From positions 184,822,001 to 184,886,000 of the forward strand of contig NC_082710.1 in assembly GCF_030144855.1 (NCBI RefSeq): a stretch of 64,000 bases of DNA, written 5' to 3'. A model generated the notes under the pieces. The model made no database searches. It worked only from the letters and a program-made list of their open reading frames with translations, and was not told the origin of the DNA. The stretch comes from Hypanus sabinus (taxonomy: Eukaryota). This document shows positions 49,201 to 61,700 of this stretch, one piece after another (the first letter of the stretch is position 1; each line of letters starts with the position of its first letter). The position numbers and the translations under genes were made by a program.

Positions 49201-52200
49201 GGACGGAAGGTGTTCTATTGGGGGAGGGTGTTTGTTTTATTTGGACGGAAGGTGTTCTATTGGGGGGAGGGTGTTTGTTTTATTTGGACGGAAGGTGTTC
49301 TATTGGGGGAGGGTGTTTGTTTTATTTGGATGGAAGGTGTTCTATTGGGGGAGGGTGTTTGTTTTATTTGGACGGAAGGTGTTCTATTGGGGGAGGGTGT
49401 TTGTTTTATTTGGACGGAAGGTGTTCTCTTGGGGGAGGGTGTTTGTTTTATTTGGACAGAAGGTGTTCTATTGGGGGAGGGTGTTTGTTTAATTTGGATG
49501 GAAGGTGTTCTATTGGGGGATGGTGTTTGTTTTATTTGGACGGAAGGTGTTCTATTGGGGGAGGGTGTTTGTTTTATTTGGACGGAAGGTGTTGTATTGG
49601 GGGAGGTTGTTTGTTTTATTTGGACAGAAGGTGTTCTATTGGGGGGAGGTTGTTTGTTTTATTTGGACAGAAGGTGTTCTATTGAGGGAGGGTGTTTGTT
49701 TTATTTGGACAGACGGTGTTCTATTGGGGGAGGGTGTTTGTTTTATTTGGACGGAAGGTGTTCTATTGGGGGAGGGTGTTTGTTTTATTTGGACAGAAGG
49801 TGTTCTATTGGGGGAGGGTGTTTGTTTTATTTGGACGGAAGGTGTTCTATTGGGGGAGGGTGTTTGTTTTATTTGGACAGAAGGTGTTCTCTTGGGGGAG
49901 GGTGTTTGTTTTATTTGGACAGAAGGTGTTCTATTGGGGGAGGGTGTTTGTTTTATTTGGACGGAAGGTGTTCTATTGGGGGAGGGTGTTTGTTTTATTT
50001 GGACAGAAGGTGTTCTCTTGGGGGAGGGTGTTTGTTTTATTTGGACGGAAGGTGTTCTATTGGGGGAGGGTGTTTGTTTTATTTGGACGGAAGGTGTTCT
50101 ATTGGGGGAGGGTGTTTGTTTTATTTGGACGGAAGGTGTTCTATTGGGGGGAGGGTGTTTGTTTTATTTGGACGGAAGGTGTTCTATTGGGGGAGGGTGT
50201 TTGTTTTATTTGGACGGAAGGTGTTCTATTGGGGGAGGGTGTTTGTTTTATTTGGACAGAAGGTGTTCTATCGGGGGAGGGTGTTTGTTTTATTTGGACG
50301 GAAGGTGTTCTATTGGGGGAGGGTGTTTGTTTTATTTGGACAGAAGGTGTTCTATTGGGGGAGGGTGTTTGTTTTATTTGGACGGAAGGTGTTCTATTGG
50401 GGGAGGGTGTTTGTTTTATTTGGACAGAAGGTGTTCTCTTGGGGGAGGGTGTTTGTTTTATTTGGACGGAAGGTGTTCTATTGGGGGAGGGTGTTTGTTT
50501 TATTTGGACGGAAGGTGTTCTATTGGGGGAGGGTGTTTGTTTTATTTAGACAGAAGGTGTTCTCTTGGGGGAGGGTGTTTGTTTTATTTGGACGGAAGGT
50601 GTTCTATTGGGGGAGGGTGTTTGTTTTATTTGGACGGAAGGTGTTCTATTGGGGGAGGGTGTTTGTTTTATTTGGACGGAAGGTGTTCTATTGGGGGGAG
50701 GGTGTTTGTTTTATTTGGACGGAAGGTGTTCTCTTGGGGGAGGGTGTTTGTTTTATTTGGACAGAAGGTGTTCTATTGGGGGAGGGTGTTTGTTTTATTT
50801 GGACGGAAGGTGTTCTATTGGGGGAGGGTGTTTGTTTTATTTGGACAGAAGGTGTTCTCTTGGGGGAGGGTGTTTGTTTTATTTGGACGGAAGGTGTTCT
50901 ATTGGGGGAGGGTGTTTGTTTTATTTGGACGGAAGGTGTTCTATTGGGGGAGGGTGTTTGTTTTATTTGGACAGAAGGTGTTCTCTTGGGGGAGGGTGTT
51001 TGTTTTATTTGGACGGAAGGTGTTCTATTGGGGGAGGGTGTTTGTTTTATTTGGACGGAAGGTGTTCTATTGGGGGAGGGTGTTTGTTTTATTTGGACGG
51101 AAGATGTTCTATTGGGGGGAGGGTGTTTGTTTTATTTGGACGGAAGGTGTTCTATTGGGGGAGGGTGTTTGTTTTATTTGGACGGAAGGTGTTCTATTGG
51201 GGGAGGGTGTTTGTTTTATTTGGACAGAAGGTGTTCTATCGGGGGAGGGTGTTTGTTTTATTTGGACGGAAGGTGTTCTATTGGGGGAGGGTGTTTGTTT
51301 TATTTGGACAGAAGGTGTTCTATTGGGGGAGGGTGTTTGTTTTATTTGGACGGAAGGTGTTCTATTGGGGGGAGGGTGTTTGTTTTATTTGGACAGAAGG
51401 TGTTCTCTTGGGGGAGGGTGTTTGTTTTATTTGGACGGAAGGTGTTCTATTGGGGGAGGGTGTTTGTTTTATTTGGACGGAAGGTGTTCTATTGGGGGAG
51501 GGTGTTTGTTTTATTTAGACAGAAGGTGTTCTCTTGGGGGAGGGTGTTTGTTTTATTTGGACGGAAGGTGTTCTATTGGGGGAGGGTGTTTGTTTTATTT
51601 GGACGGAAGGTGTTCTATTGGGGGAGGGTGTTTGTTTTATTTGGACGGAAGGTGTTCTGTCAGGGGAGGGTGTTTGTTTTATTTGGACGGAAGGTGTTCT
51701 ATCGGGGGAGGGTGTTTGTTTTATTTGGACGGAAGGTGTTCTATCGGGGGAGGGTGTTTGTTTTATTTGGACAGAAGGTGTTCTATTGGGGGAGGGTGTT
51801 TGTTTTATTTGGGCAGAACGTGTTCTATTGGGGGGGAGGGTGTTTGTTTTATTTGGACAGAAGGTGTTCTATTGGGGAAGGGTGTGTTTTATTTGGACAG
51901 AAGGTGTTCTATTGGGGGGAGGGAGTTTGTTTTATTTGGACAGAAGCTGTTCTGTTGGGGAAGGGTGTTTGTTTTATTTGGACAGAAGGTGTTCTATTGG
52001 GGGGAGGGGTGTTTGTTTTATTTAGACAGAAGGTGTTCTATTGGGGGAGGGTGTTTGTTTTATTTGGACAGAAGGTGTTCTATTGGGGGAGGGTGTTTGT
52101 TTTATTTGGACAGAAGGTGTTCTATTGGGGGGAGGGTGTTTGTTTTATTTGGGCAGAAGGTGTTCTATTCGGGGAGGGTGTTTGTTTTATTTGGACAGAA

Positions 52201-55200
52201 CGTGTTCTATTGGGGGAGGGTGTTTGTTTTATTTGGACGGAAGGTGTTCTATTGGGGGAGGGTGTTTGTTTTATTTGGACGGAAGGTGTTCTCTTGGGGG
52301 AGGGTGTTTGTTTTATTTGGACAGAAGGTGTTCTATTGGGGGGAGGGTGTTTGTTTTATTTGGACAGAAAGTGTTCTATTGGGGGAGGGTGTTTGTTTTA
52401 TTTGGACAGAAGGTGTTCTATTGGCGGAGGGTGTTTGTTTTATTTGCACAGAAGGTGTTCTGTTGGGGGAGGGTGTTTGTTTTATTTGCACAGAAGGTGT
52501 TCTATTGGGGGAGGGTGTTTGTTTTATTTGCACAGAAGGTGTTCTATTGGGGGAGGGTGTTTGTTTTATTTGGGCAGAACGTGTTCTATTGGGGGGGAGG
52601 GTGTTTGTTTTATTTGGACAGAAGGTGTTCTATTGGGGAAGGGTGTGTTTTATTTGGACAGAAGGTGTTCTATTGGGGGGAGGGAGTTTGTTTTATTTGG
52701 ACAGAAGCTGTTCTGTTGGGGAAGGGTGTTTGTTTTATTTGCACAGAAGGTGTTCTATTGGGGGAGGGTGTTTGTTTTATTTGGACAGAAGGTGTTCTAT
52801 TGGGGGGAGGGTGTTTGTTTTATTTGGACAGAAGGTGTTCTATTGGGGGAGGGTGTTTGTTTTATTTGGACAGAAGGTGTTTTATTGGGGGAGGGTGTTT
52901 GTTTTATTTGGACAGAAGGTGTTCTATTGGGGGAGGGTGTTTGTTTTATTTGGACAGAAGGTGTTCTATTGGGGGGAGGGTGTTTGTTTTATTTGGGCAG
53001 AAGGTGTTCTATTCGGGGAGGGTGTTTGTTTTATTTGGACAGAACGTGTTCTATTGGGGGAGGGTGTTTGTTTTATTTGGACGGAAGGTGTTCTATTGGG
53101 GGAGGGTGTTTGTTTTATTTGGACAGAAGGTGTTCTATTGAGGGAGGGTGTTTGTTTTATTTGGACAGACTGTGTTCTATTGAGGGAGGGTGTTTGTTTT
53201 ATTTGGACGGAAGGTGTTCTATTGAGGGAGGGTGTTTGTTTTATTTGGACGGAAGGTGTTCTATTGGGGGAGGGTGTTTGCTTTATTTGGACAGAAGGTG
53301 TTCTATTGGGGGAGGGTGTTTGTTTTATTTGCACAGAAGGTGTTCTATTGGGGGAGGGTGTTTGTTTTATTTGCACAGAAGGTGTTCTATTGGGGGAGGG
53401 TGTTTGTTTTATTTGCACAGAAGGTGTTCTATTGGGGGAGGGTGTTTGTTTTATTTGCACAGAAGGTGTTCTATTGGGGGAGGGTGTTTGTTTTATTTGG
53501 GCAGAACGTGTTCTATTGGTGGGGAGGGTGTTTGTTTTATTTGGACAGAAGGTGTTCTATTGGGGGGAGGGAGTTTGTTTTATTTGGACAGAAGCTGTTC
53601 TGTTGGGGAAGGGTGTTTGTTTTATTTGCACAGAAGGTGTTCTATTGGGGGAGGGTGTTTGTTTTATTTGGACAGAAGGTGTTCTATTGGGGAAGGGTGT
53701 GTTTTATTTGGACAGAAGGTGTTCTATTGGGGGGAGGGAGTTTGTTTTATTTGGACAGAAGCTGTTCTGTTGGGGAAGGGTGTTTGTTTTATTTGGACAG
53801 AAGGTGTTCTATTGGGGGGAGGGAGTTTGTTTTATTTGGACAGAAGCTGTTCTGTTGGGGAAGGGTGTTTGTTTTATTTGCACAGAAGGTGTTCTATTGG
53901 GGGAGGGTGTTTGTTTTATTTGGACAGAAGGTGTTCTATTGGGGAAGGGTGTGTTTTATTTGGACAGAAGGTGTTCTATTGGGGGGAGGGAGTTTGTTTT
54001 ATTTGGACAGAAGCTGTTCTGTTGGGGAAGGGTGTTTGTTTTATTTGCACAGAAGGTGTTCTATTGGGGGAGGGTGTTTGTTTTATTTGGACAGAAGGTG
54101 TTCTATTGGGGGGAGGGTGTTTGTTTTATTTGGACAGAAGGTGTTCTATTGGGGGAGGGTGTTTGTTTTATTTGGACAGAAGGTGTTCTATTGGGGGAGG
54201 GTGTTTGTTTTATTTGGACAGAAGGTGTTCTATTGGGGGGAGGGTGTTTGTTTTATTTGGGCAGAAGGTGTTCTATTCGGGGAGGGTGTTTGTTTTATTT
54301 GGACAGAACGTGTTCTATTGGGGGAGGGTGTTTGTTTTATTTGGACGGAAGGTGTTCTATTGGGGGAGGGTGTTTGTTTTATTTGGACAGAAGGTGTTCT
54401 ATTGAGGGAGGGTGTTTGTTTTATTTGGACAGACGGTGTTCTATTGAGGGAGGGTGTTTGTTTTATTTGGACGGAAGGTGTTCTATTGAGGGAGGGTGTT
54501 TGTTTTATTTGGACGGAAGGTGTTCTATTGAGGGAGGGTGTTTGTTTTATTTGGACAGAAGGTGTTCTATTGGGGGGAGGGTGTTTGTTTTATTTGGACG
54601 GAAGGTGTTCTATTGAGGGAGGGTGTTTGTTTTATTTGGACAGACGGTGTTCTATTGAGGGAGGGTGTTTGTTTTATTTGGACAGACGGTGTTCTATTGG
54701 GGGGAGGGTGTTTGTTTTATTTGCACAGAAGGTGTTCTATTGGGGGAGGGTGTTTGTTTTATATGGACAGAAGGTGTTCTATTGGGGGAGGGTGTTTGTT
54801 TTATTTGGACGGAAGGTGTTCTATTGGGGGAGGGTGTTTGTTTTATTTGCACAGAAGGTGTTCTATTGGGGCAGGGTGTTTGTTTTATTTGCACAGAAGG
54901 TGTTCTATTGGGGGAGGGTGTTTGTTTTATTTGGACAGAAGGTGTTCTATTGGGGGAGGGTGTTTGTTTTATTTGGACGGAAGGTGTTCTATTGGGGGGA
55001 GGGTGTTTGTTTTATTTGGACGGACGGTGTTCTATTGGGGGGAGGGCGTTTGTTTTATTTGGACAGAAGGTGTTCTATTGGGGAAGGGTGTGTTTTATTT
55101 GGACAGAAGGTGTTCTATTGGGGGGAGGGAGTTTGTTTTATTTGGACAGAAGCTGTTCTGTTGGGGAAGGGTGTTTGTTTTATTTGCACAGAAGGTGTTC

Positions 55201-56580
55201 TATTGGGGGAGGGTGTTTGTTTTATTTGGACAGAAGGTGTTCTATTGGGGGGAGGGTGTTTGTTTTATTTGGACAGAAGGTGTTCTATTGGGGGAGGGTG
55301 TTTGTTTTATTTGGACAGAAGGTGTTCTATTGGGGGAGGGTGTTTGTTTTATTTGGACAGAAGGTGTTCTATTGGGGGGAGGGTGTTTGTTTTATTTGGG
55401 CAGAAGGTGTTCTATTCGGGGAGGGTGTTTGTTTTATTTGGACAGAACGTGTTCTATTGGGGGAGGGTGTTTGTTTTATTTGGACGGAAGGTGTTCTATT
55501 GGGGGAGGGTGTTTGTTTTATTTGGACAGAAGGTGTTCTATTGAGGGAGGGTGTTTGTTTTATTTGGACAGACGGTGTTCTATTGAGGGAGGGTGTTTGT
55601 TTTATTTGGACGGAAGGTGTTCTATTGAGGGAGGGTGTTTGTTTTATTTGGACGGAAGGTGTTCTATTGAGGGAGGGTGTTTGTTTTATTTGGACAGAAG
55701 GTGTTCTATTGGGGGGAGGGTGTTTGTTTTATTTGGACGGAAGGTGTTCTATTGAGGGAGGGTGTTTGTTTTATTTGGACAGACGGTGTTCTATTGAGGG
55801 AGGGTGTTTGTTTTATTTGGACAGACGGTGTTCTATTGGGGGGAGGGTGTTTGTTTTATTTGTGCAGAAGGTGTTCTATTGGGGGAGGGTGTTTTATTTG
55901 CACAGAAGGTGTTCTATTGGGGGAGGGTGTTTGTTTTATATGGACAGAAGGTGTTCTATTGGGGGAGGGTGTTTGTTTTATTTGGACGGAAGGTGTTCTA
56001 TTGGGGGAGGGTGTTTGTTTTATTTGCACAGAAGGTGTTCTATTGGGGCAGGGTGTTTGTTTTATTTGCACAGAAGGTGTTCTATTGGGGGAGGGTGTTT
56101 GTTTTATTTGGACAGAAGGTGTTCTATTGGGGGAGGGTGTTTGTTTTATTTGGACGGAAGGTGTTCTATTGGGGGGAGGGTGTTTGTTTTATTTGGACGG
56201 ACGGTGTTCTATTGGGGGGAGGGCGTTTGTTTTATTTGGACAGAAGGTGTTCTATTGGGGGAGGGTGTTTGTTTTATTTGGACAGAAGGTGTTCTATTGG
56301 GGGAGGGTGTTTGTTTTATTTGGATGGACGGTGTTCTATTGGGGGGAGGGTGTTTGTTTTATTTGGAAGGAAGGTGTTCTATTGGGGGAGGGTGTTTGTT
56401 TTATTTGGACAGAAGGTGTTCTATTGGGGGAGGGTGTTTGTTTTATATGGACAGAAGGTGTTCTATTGGGGGAGGGTGTTTGTTTTATTTGGACGGAAGG
56501 TGTTCTATTGGGGGAGGGTGTTTGTTTTATTTGCACAGAAGGTGTTCTATTGGGGGAGGCTGTTTGTTTTATTTGGAGGG
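37260..56580 (+). repeat. 42-bp G/T-rich minisatellite, ~19.3 kb, roughly 455 units, with higher-order duplications
   Basis: Unit gtgttctattgggggagggtgtttgttttatttggacagaag; G-run length variants; degenerate G/T-rich flanks. Confidence 0.98.
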
Positions 56581-57266
56581 ATGGTTTTTTATTTGGGGTA
56601 GTGTGATGTTGTTCGGGGTTTGATGGTTTATTTGATGGGATGGTGGTTTATTTGTGGTCGGGTGAGGGTGTTAGGGGGAGGATGTTTTGTTTGGAGTGAG
56701 CGTGTTTCATTGGGGGAGGTTTTTTTATTTTGAGTCAGGGTGTTGTATTGGTGTGTTGGTGCTTGAGACTGTGTTTCTGACTGTCCCCTTTCCAGTAGTT
56801 CATCGTATCTGATAATAATAGGAAATCTGTGTGGGAGAGCTTTTTAATTGGGAAAGCCATTTCACTGAGGCATTTCCACTCTCCCCACTTCAGAAGCCTG
56901 GGTCCAGGGGTACGAGTAGTCTAACAACTGGGGGCTTGCTTGTTTGCAGTGGATGACCATGACTTTTCTGTGCCTTCTCCTGCCCTTCGCTCTCCGTGGA
57001 GCTTTGCAGAGCCGCCTTCCTGGCCATTGGATCTCCCTGTTGGTCTCATTCACCAGGTCCACTGGAGCTGACTTCTCGTGCTGGGACAGGGATGTCCGGG
57101 GCATGAGAGCTGCCGGCTGCCCTCACCTGGTCCAGCCCTCCTGTCGGAGCAGTGTACCGGGGTGTGGCCGCAGTCACAGGCCACAGGTGAGAGCTGAGTG
57201 TCCATTGGGGACCATAGGTCAGTGAGCTGCCCCAGAATGGACAGGGCATACACCCCACCCCTTAAG

Positions 57267-57267
57267 G

Positions 57268-57302
<35 letters not shown>

Positions 57303-57312
57303 CACACTCTCA
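57267..57312 (+). repeat. (CT)n/(CA)n microsatellite
   Basis: Direct observation. Confidence 0.85.
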
Positions 57313-57320
57313 CTCTTCCT

Positions 57321-58292
57321 CACTCAGTGGCACCGACAGTGCACGTGGACTCATGCCCTCGTATATCCCGCACACAGACACTCCGTGGCCGCTTTCTAAG
57401 CTACAGGGGTGGAACTGTTGTAACGCTGCTGTAGCCTATCCACTTCAAGGTTCAATGTGTTGTGCATTTCAACATGCTTTTCTGCACACCACTTATCACA
57501 AGTCACGTGCACTGGCATGTCAGAACCGAAAGACATACTCCAATGTTGAACTGGCAACTGGAGTTCATTCATACGATTTCAGTGGCTCCATGAGAGTAAC
57601 ATTCTCAAAACCAGGACCCCACGATTAGCACTAATCCATGTCCACTTAAATAGTACAAGAAGCACTGGAATCCCCAAGTCTGGCAAAATAGACTGGGCAA
57701 GTTTGAACAGAAGTCACCAGGAGATAGCATTCCAAAGAGTGAATGGCTTGATTTAAAAAAAACACAAGGAACTGTAAATGATTAATAATTCTCATTGAAC
57801 AACAATTAACCAATTCAGATGCTCTGCAAGCCTTGGAGCCCGGTGTTCTCTGACTCCCCGCACAACTGCAAAAATCTTAGTACACCACTGTGTAATGCAT
57901 GGTTATTTCAGTTACTGTTGCCGTCCCATCAGTCTGACCATTCTCCTCTGTAGTCCCTCATTAACAAAATATTTTTGCCCACAGAACTGCTGCTGACTGG
58001 ATGTCTTCTGTTTCTCGCATCATTCTCTGTAAACACTTTTATGTGTAAAAGACTTTTATGTGTGAAAATCTCAAGAGATCATCAGTTTCTGAGATACTCA
58101 AACCACCCCATCCGGCACCAACAATCATTCCATGGTCCAAGTCACAGATCACATTTCTTCCCTTTTCTGATGTTTGGTCTGAACCGCTGGTCTATTTCTG
58201 CTTGTTTTCATGCATTGAGTTGCTGCCATATGAATGGCTGATTAGATATTTGCATTCATGAGCAGGTATACTAATAACGTGACCACTAAGTG
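57321..58292. mobile_element. Tc1-like non-autonomous element with a nested unknown insert (~57494-57881)
   Basis: Ends cactcagtggc.. / ..gtgaccactaagtg|TA; insert flanked by the direct repeat acaccact. Confidence 0.55.
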
Positions 58293-58439
58293 TATGGTAT
58301 AACTGCATCGCCGGGGTTGACATGCACACAGCATTCATTAACCAGCACTATTGTACTTATTAAAGTGGGCACCCTAGAAACCAGCTCGTTTTCTTGCTGT
58401 CTTTCCATGCCACGTGAGTGAAAGCTCATCCTGCACAAG

Positions 58440-58715
58440 CATTTGGGCTGATTGGGAGACTGGACAAATAAATGTATGGTCATGCACGTCGTAGAAGGAA
58501 TAAAAGTGTTAGACTATTTTCTAAATGGGGAGAAAATTGGAAGATCAGAGCTACAAAAGGCCTTGGGAGTCCTGGTGCAGGATGCTGAAAGGTTCACTTG
58601 CAGGTAGGTTCAGTGGGGAGGAAGGCAAATGCAATGTTGGAACTCAATTTGAGACGACTAGCATCAAACAGTAAGGATGTAACGCGGAGGTTCGATAAGG
58701 TGTTGGTCAGACCTA
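58440..58715 (+). mobile_element. CR1 RT fragment leading directly into the 61-bp array
   Basis: DYFLNGEKI..LGVLVQD..RKANAML..KVLVRP-like remnants. Confidence 0.75.
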
Positions 58716-61700
58716 TAGTGATCTGAGGACACGGATAGAGTGGATGTGGAGAGGATGTTTCCTATAGTGGGGGAGTCCAGGACCAGAGGACACAGATAGA
58801 GTGTATGTGGAGAGGATGTTTCCTATAGTGGGGAGTCTAGGACCAGAGGACACAGATAGAGAGTGGATGTGGAGAGGATGTTTCCTATAGTGGGGAGTCT
58901 AGGACCAGAGGACACAGATAGAGAGTGGATGTGGAGAGGATGTTTCCTATAGTGGGTGAGTCTAGGACCAGAGGACACAGAGAGAGTGGATGTGGAGAGG
59001 ATGTTTCCTATAGTGGGAGAGTCTAGGACCAGAGGGCACCGATAGAGTGGCTGTGGAGAGGATGTTTCCTATAGTGGGGGAGTCTAGGACCACAGATAGA
59101 GTGGATGTGGAGAGGATGTTTCCTATAGTGGGAGAGTCTAGGACCAGAGGACACAGCTAGTGTGGATGTGGAGACCATGTTTCCTATAGAGGGGGAGTCT
59201 AGGACCAGAGGACACAGAGACAGTGGATGTGGAGGGAATGTTTCCTATAGTGGGGGAGTCTAGTACCAGAGCATACAGAGACAGTGGACGTGGAGAGGAT
59301 GTTTCCTATAGTGGCAGAATCTAGGACCAGAGGGCACAGATAGAGTGGATGTGGAGAGGATGTTTCCTATAGTGGGAGAGACTAGGACCAGAGGGCACAG
59401 ATACAGTGGATGTAGAGAGGATGTTTCCTATAGTGGGGGAGTCTAGGACCAGAGGACACAGATAGAGTAGATGTGGTGAGGATGTTTCCTATAGTGGGAG
59501 AGTCTAGGACCAGAGGACACAGCGAGAGTGGATGTGGAGAGGATGTTTCCGAAAGTGGGGGAGTCTAGGACCAGAGGGCACAGGTAGAGTGGGTGTGGAG
59601 AGGATGTTTCCTATAGTGGGAGATTCTAGGAACAGACGCCACAGAGAGAGTGGATGTGGAGAGGATGTTTCCTATAGAGGGGGTGTCTAGGACCAGAGTG
59701 CACAGAGAGACTGGATGTGGAGAGGATGTTTCCTATAGTGGGGGAGTCTAGGACCAGAGGACACAGAGTGGATGCGGAGAGGATGTTTCCTATAGTGGGA
59801 GAGTCTAGGACCAGAGGACACAGATAGTGAGTATGTGGAGAGGATGTTTCCAATAGTGGGGGTCTAGGACCAGAGGACACAGAGAGAGTGGATGTGGAGA
59901 GGATGTTTCCTATAGTGGGGGAGTCTAGGACCAGAGGGCACAGATAGAGTGGATGTGGAGAGGATGTTTCCTATAGTGAAGGAGTCTAGGACCAGAGGGC
60001 ACAGATAGAGTGGATGTGGAGAGGATGTTTCCTATAGTGGGAGAGACTAGGACCAGAGGGCACAGATAGAGTGGCTGTAGAGAGAATGTTTCCTATAGTG
60101 GGGGAGTCTAGGACCAGAGGACACAGATAGAGTGGATGTGGAGAGGATGTTTCCTATAGTGGGAGAGTCTAGGACCAGAGGACACAGATAGAGAGTGGAT
60201 GTGGAGAGGATGTTTCCTATAGTGGGGAGTCTAGGACCAGAGGACACAGATAGAGAGTGGATGTGGAGAGGATGTTTCCTATAGTGGGGGAGTCTAGGAC
60301 CAGAGGACACAGATAGAGTGGATGTCGAGAGGATGTTTCCTATAGTGAGGGAGTCTGGGACCAGAGCACACAGAGACAGTGGATGTCGAGAGGATGTTTC
60401 CTATAATGGGGGAGTCTAGGACCAGAGGACACAGAGAGAGTGGATGTGGAGAGGATGTTTCCTATAGTGGGAGAGTCTAGGACCAGAGGGCACCGATAGA
60501 GTGGCTGTGGAGAGGATGTTTCCTATAGTGGGGGAGTCTAGGACCACAGATAGAGTGGATGTGGAGAGGATGTTTCCTATAGTGGGAGAGTCTAGGACCA
60601 GAGGACACAGCTAGTGTGGATGTGGAGAGGATGTTTCCTATTGTGGGGGAGTCTAGGAATAGAGGACACAGAGTTGATGTGGAGAGGATGTATCCTATAG
60701 TGGGAGAGTCTATGACCAGAGGGCACAGATAGTGGATGTGGAGAGGATGTTTCCTACAGTGGGGGAGTCTAGGACCAGAGGACACAGAGACAGTGGTTGT
60801 GGAGGGAATGTTTCCTATAGTGGGGGAGTCTAGTACCAGAGCACACAGAGACAGTGGATGTGGAGAGGATGTTTCCTATAGTGGGGGAGTCTAGGACCAG
60901 AGGACACAGATAGAGTGGATGTGGAGAGGATGTTTCCTATAGTGGCAGAATCTAGGACCAGAGGGCACAGATAGAGTGGATGTGGAGAGGATGTTTCCTA
61001 TAGTGGGAGAGACTAGGACCAGAGGGCACAGATAGAGTGGATGTAGAGAGGATGTTTCCTATAGTGGGGGAGTCTAGGACCAGAGGACACAGATAGAGTA
61101 GATGTGGTGAGGATGTTTCCTATAGTGGGAGAGTCTAGGACCAGAGGACACAGCGAGAGTGGATGTGGAGAGGATGTTTCCGAAAGTGGGGGAGTCTAGG
61201 ACCAGAGGGCACAGGTAGAGTGGGTGTGGAGAGGATGTTTCCTATAGTGGGAGATTCTAGGAACAGACGCCACAGAGAGAGTGGATGTGGAGAGGATGTT
61301 TCCTATAGAGGGGGTGTCTAGGACCAGAGTGCACAGAGAGACTGGATGTGGAGAGGATGTTTCCTATAGTGGGGGAGTCTAGGACCAGAGGGCACCGATA
61401 GAGTGGCTGTGGAGAGGATGTTTCCTATAGTGGGGGAGTCTAGGACCACAGATAGAGTAGATGTGGAGAGGATGTTTCCTATAGTGGGAGAGTCTATGAC
61501 CAGAGGGCACAGATAGTGGATGTGGAGAGGATGTTTCCTACAGTGGGGGAGTCTAGGACCAGAGGACACAGAGACAGTGGATGTGGAGGGAATGTTTCCT
61601 ATAGTGGGGGAGTCTAGTACCAGAGCACACAGAGACAGTGGATGTGGAGAGGATGTTTCCTATAGTGGGGGTGTCTAGGACCAGAGGACACAGATAGAGT

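Noticed and set aside
37163-56623. Giant + strand ORFs up to 3714 aa
   Set aside because: Stop-free 42-bp repeat; all three frames are open and switch at G-run indels; mostly non-ATG starts; no domain
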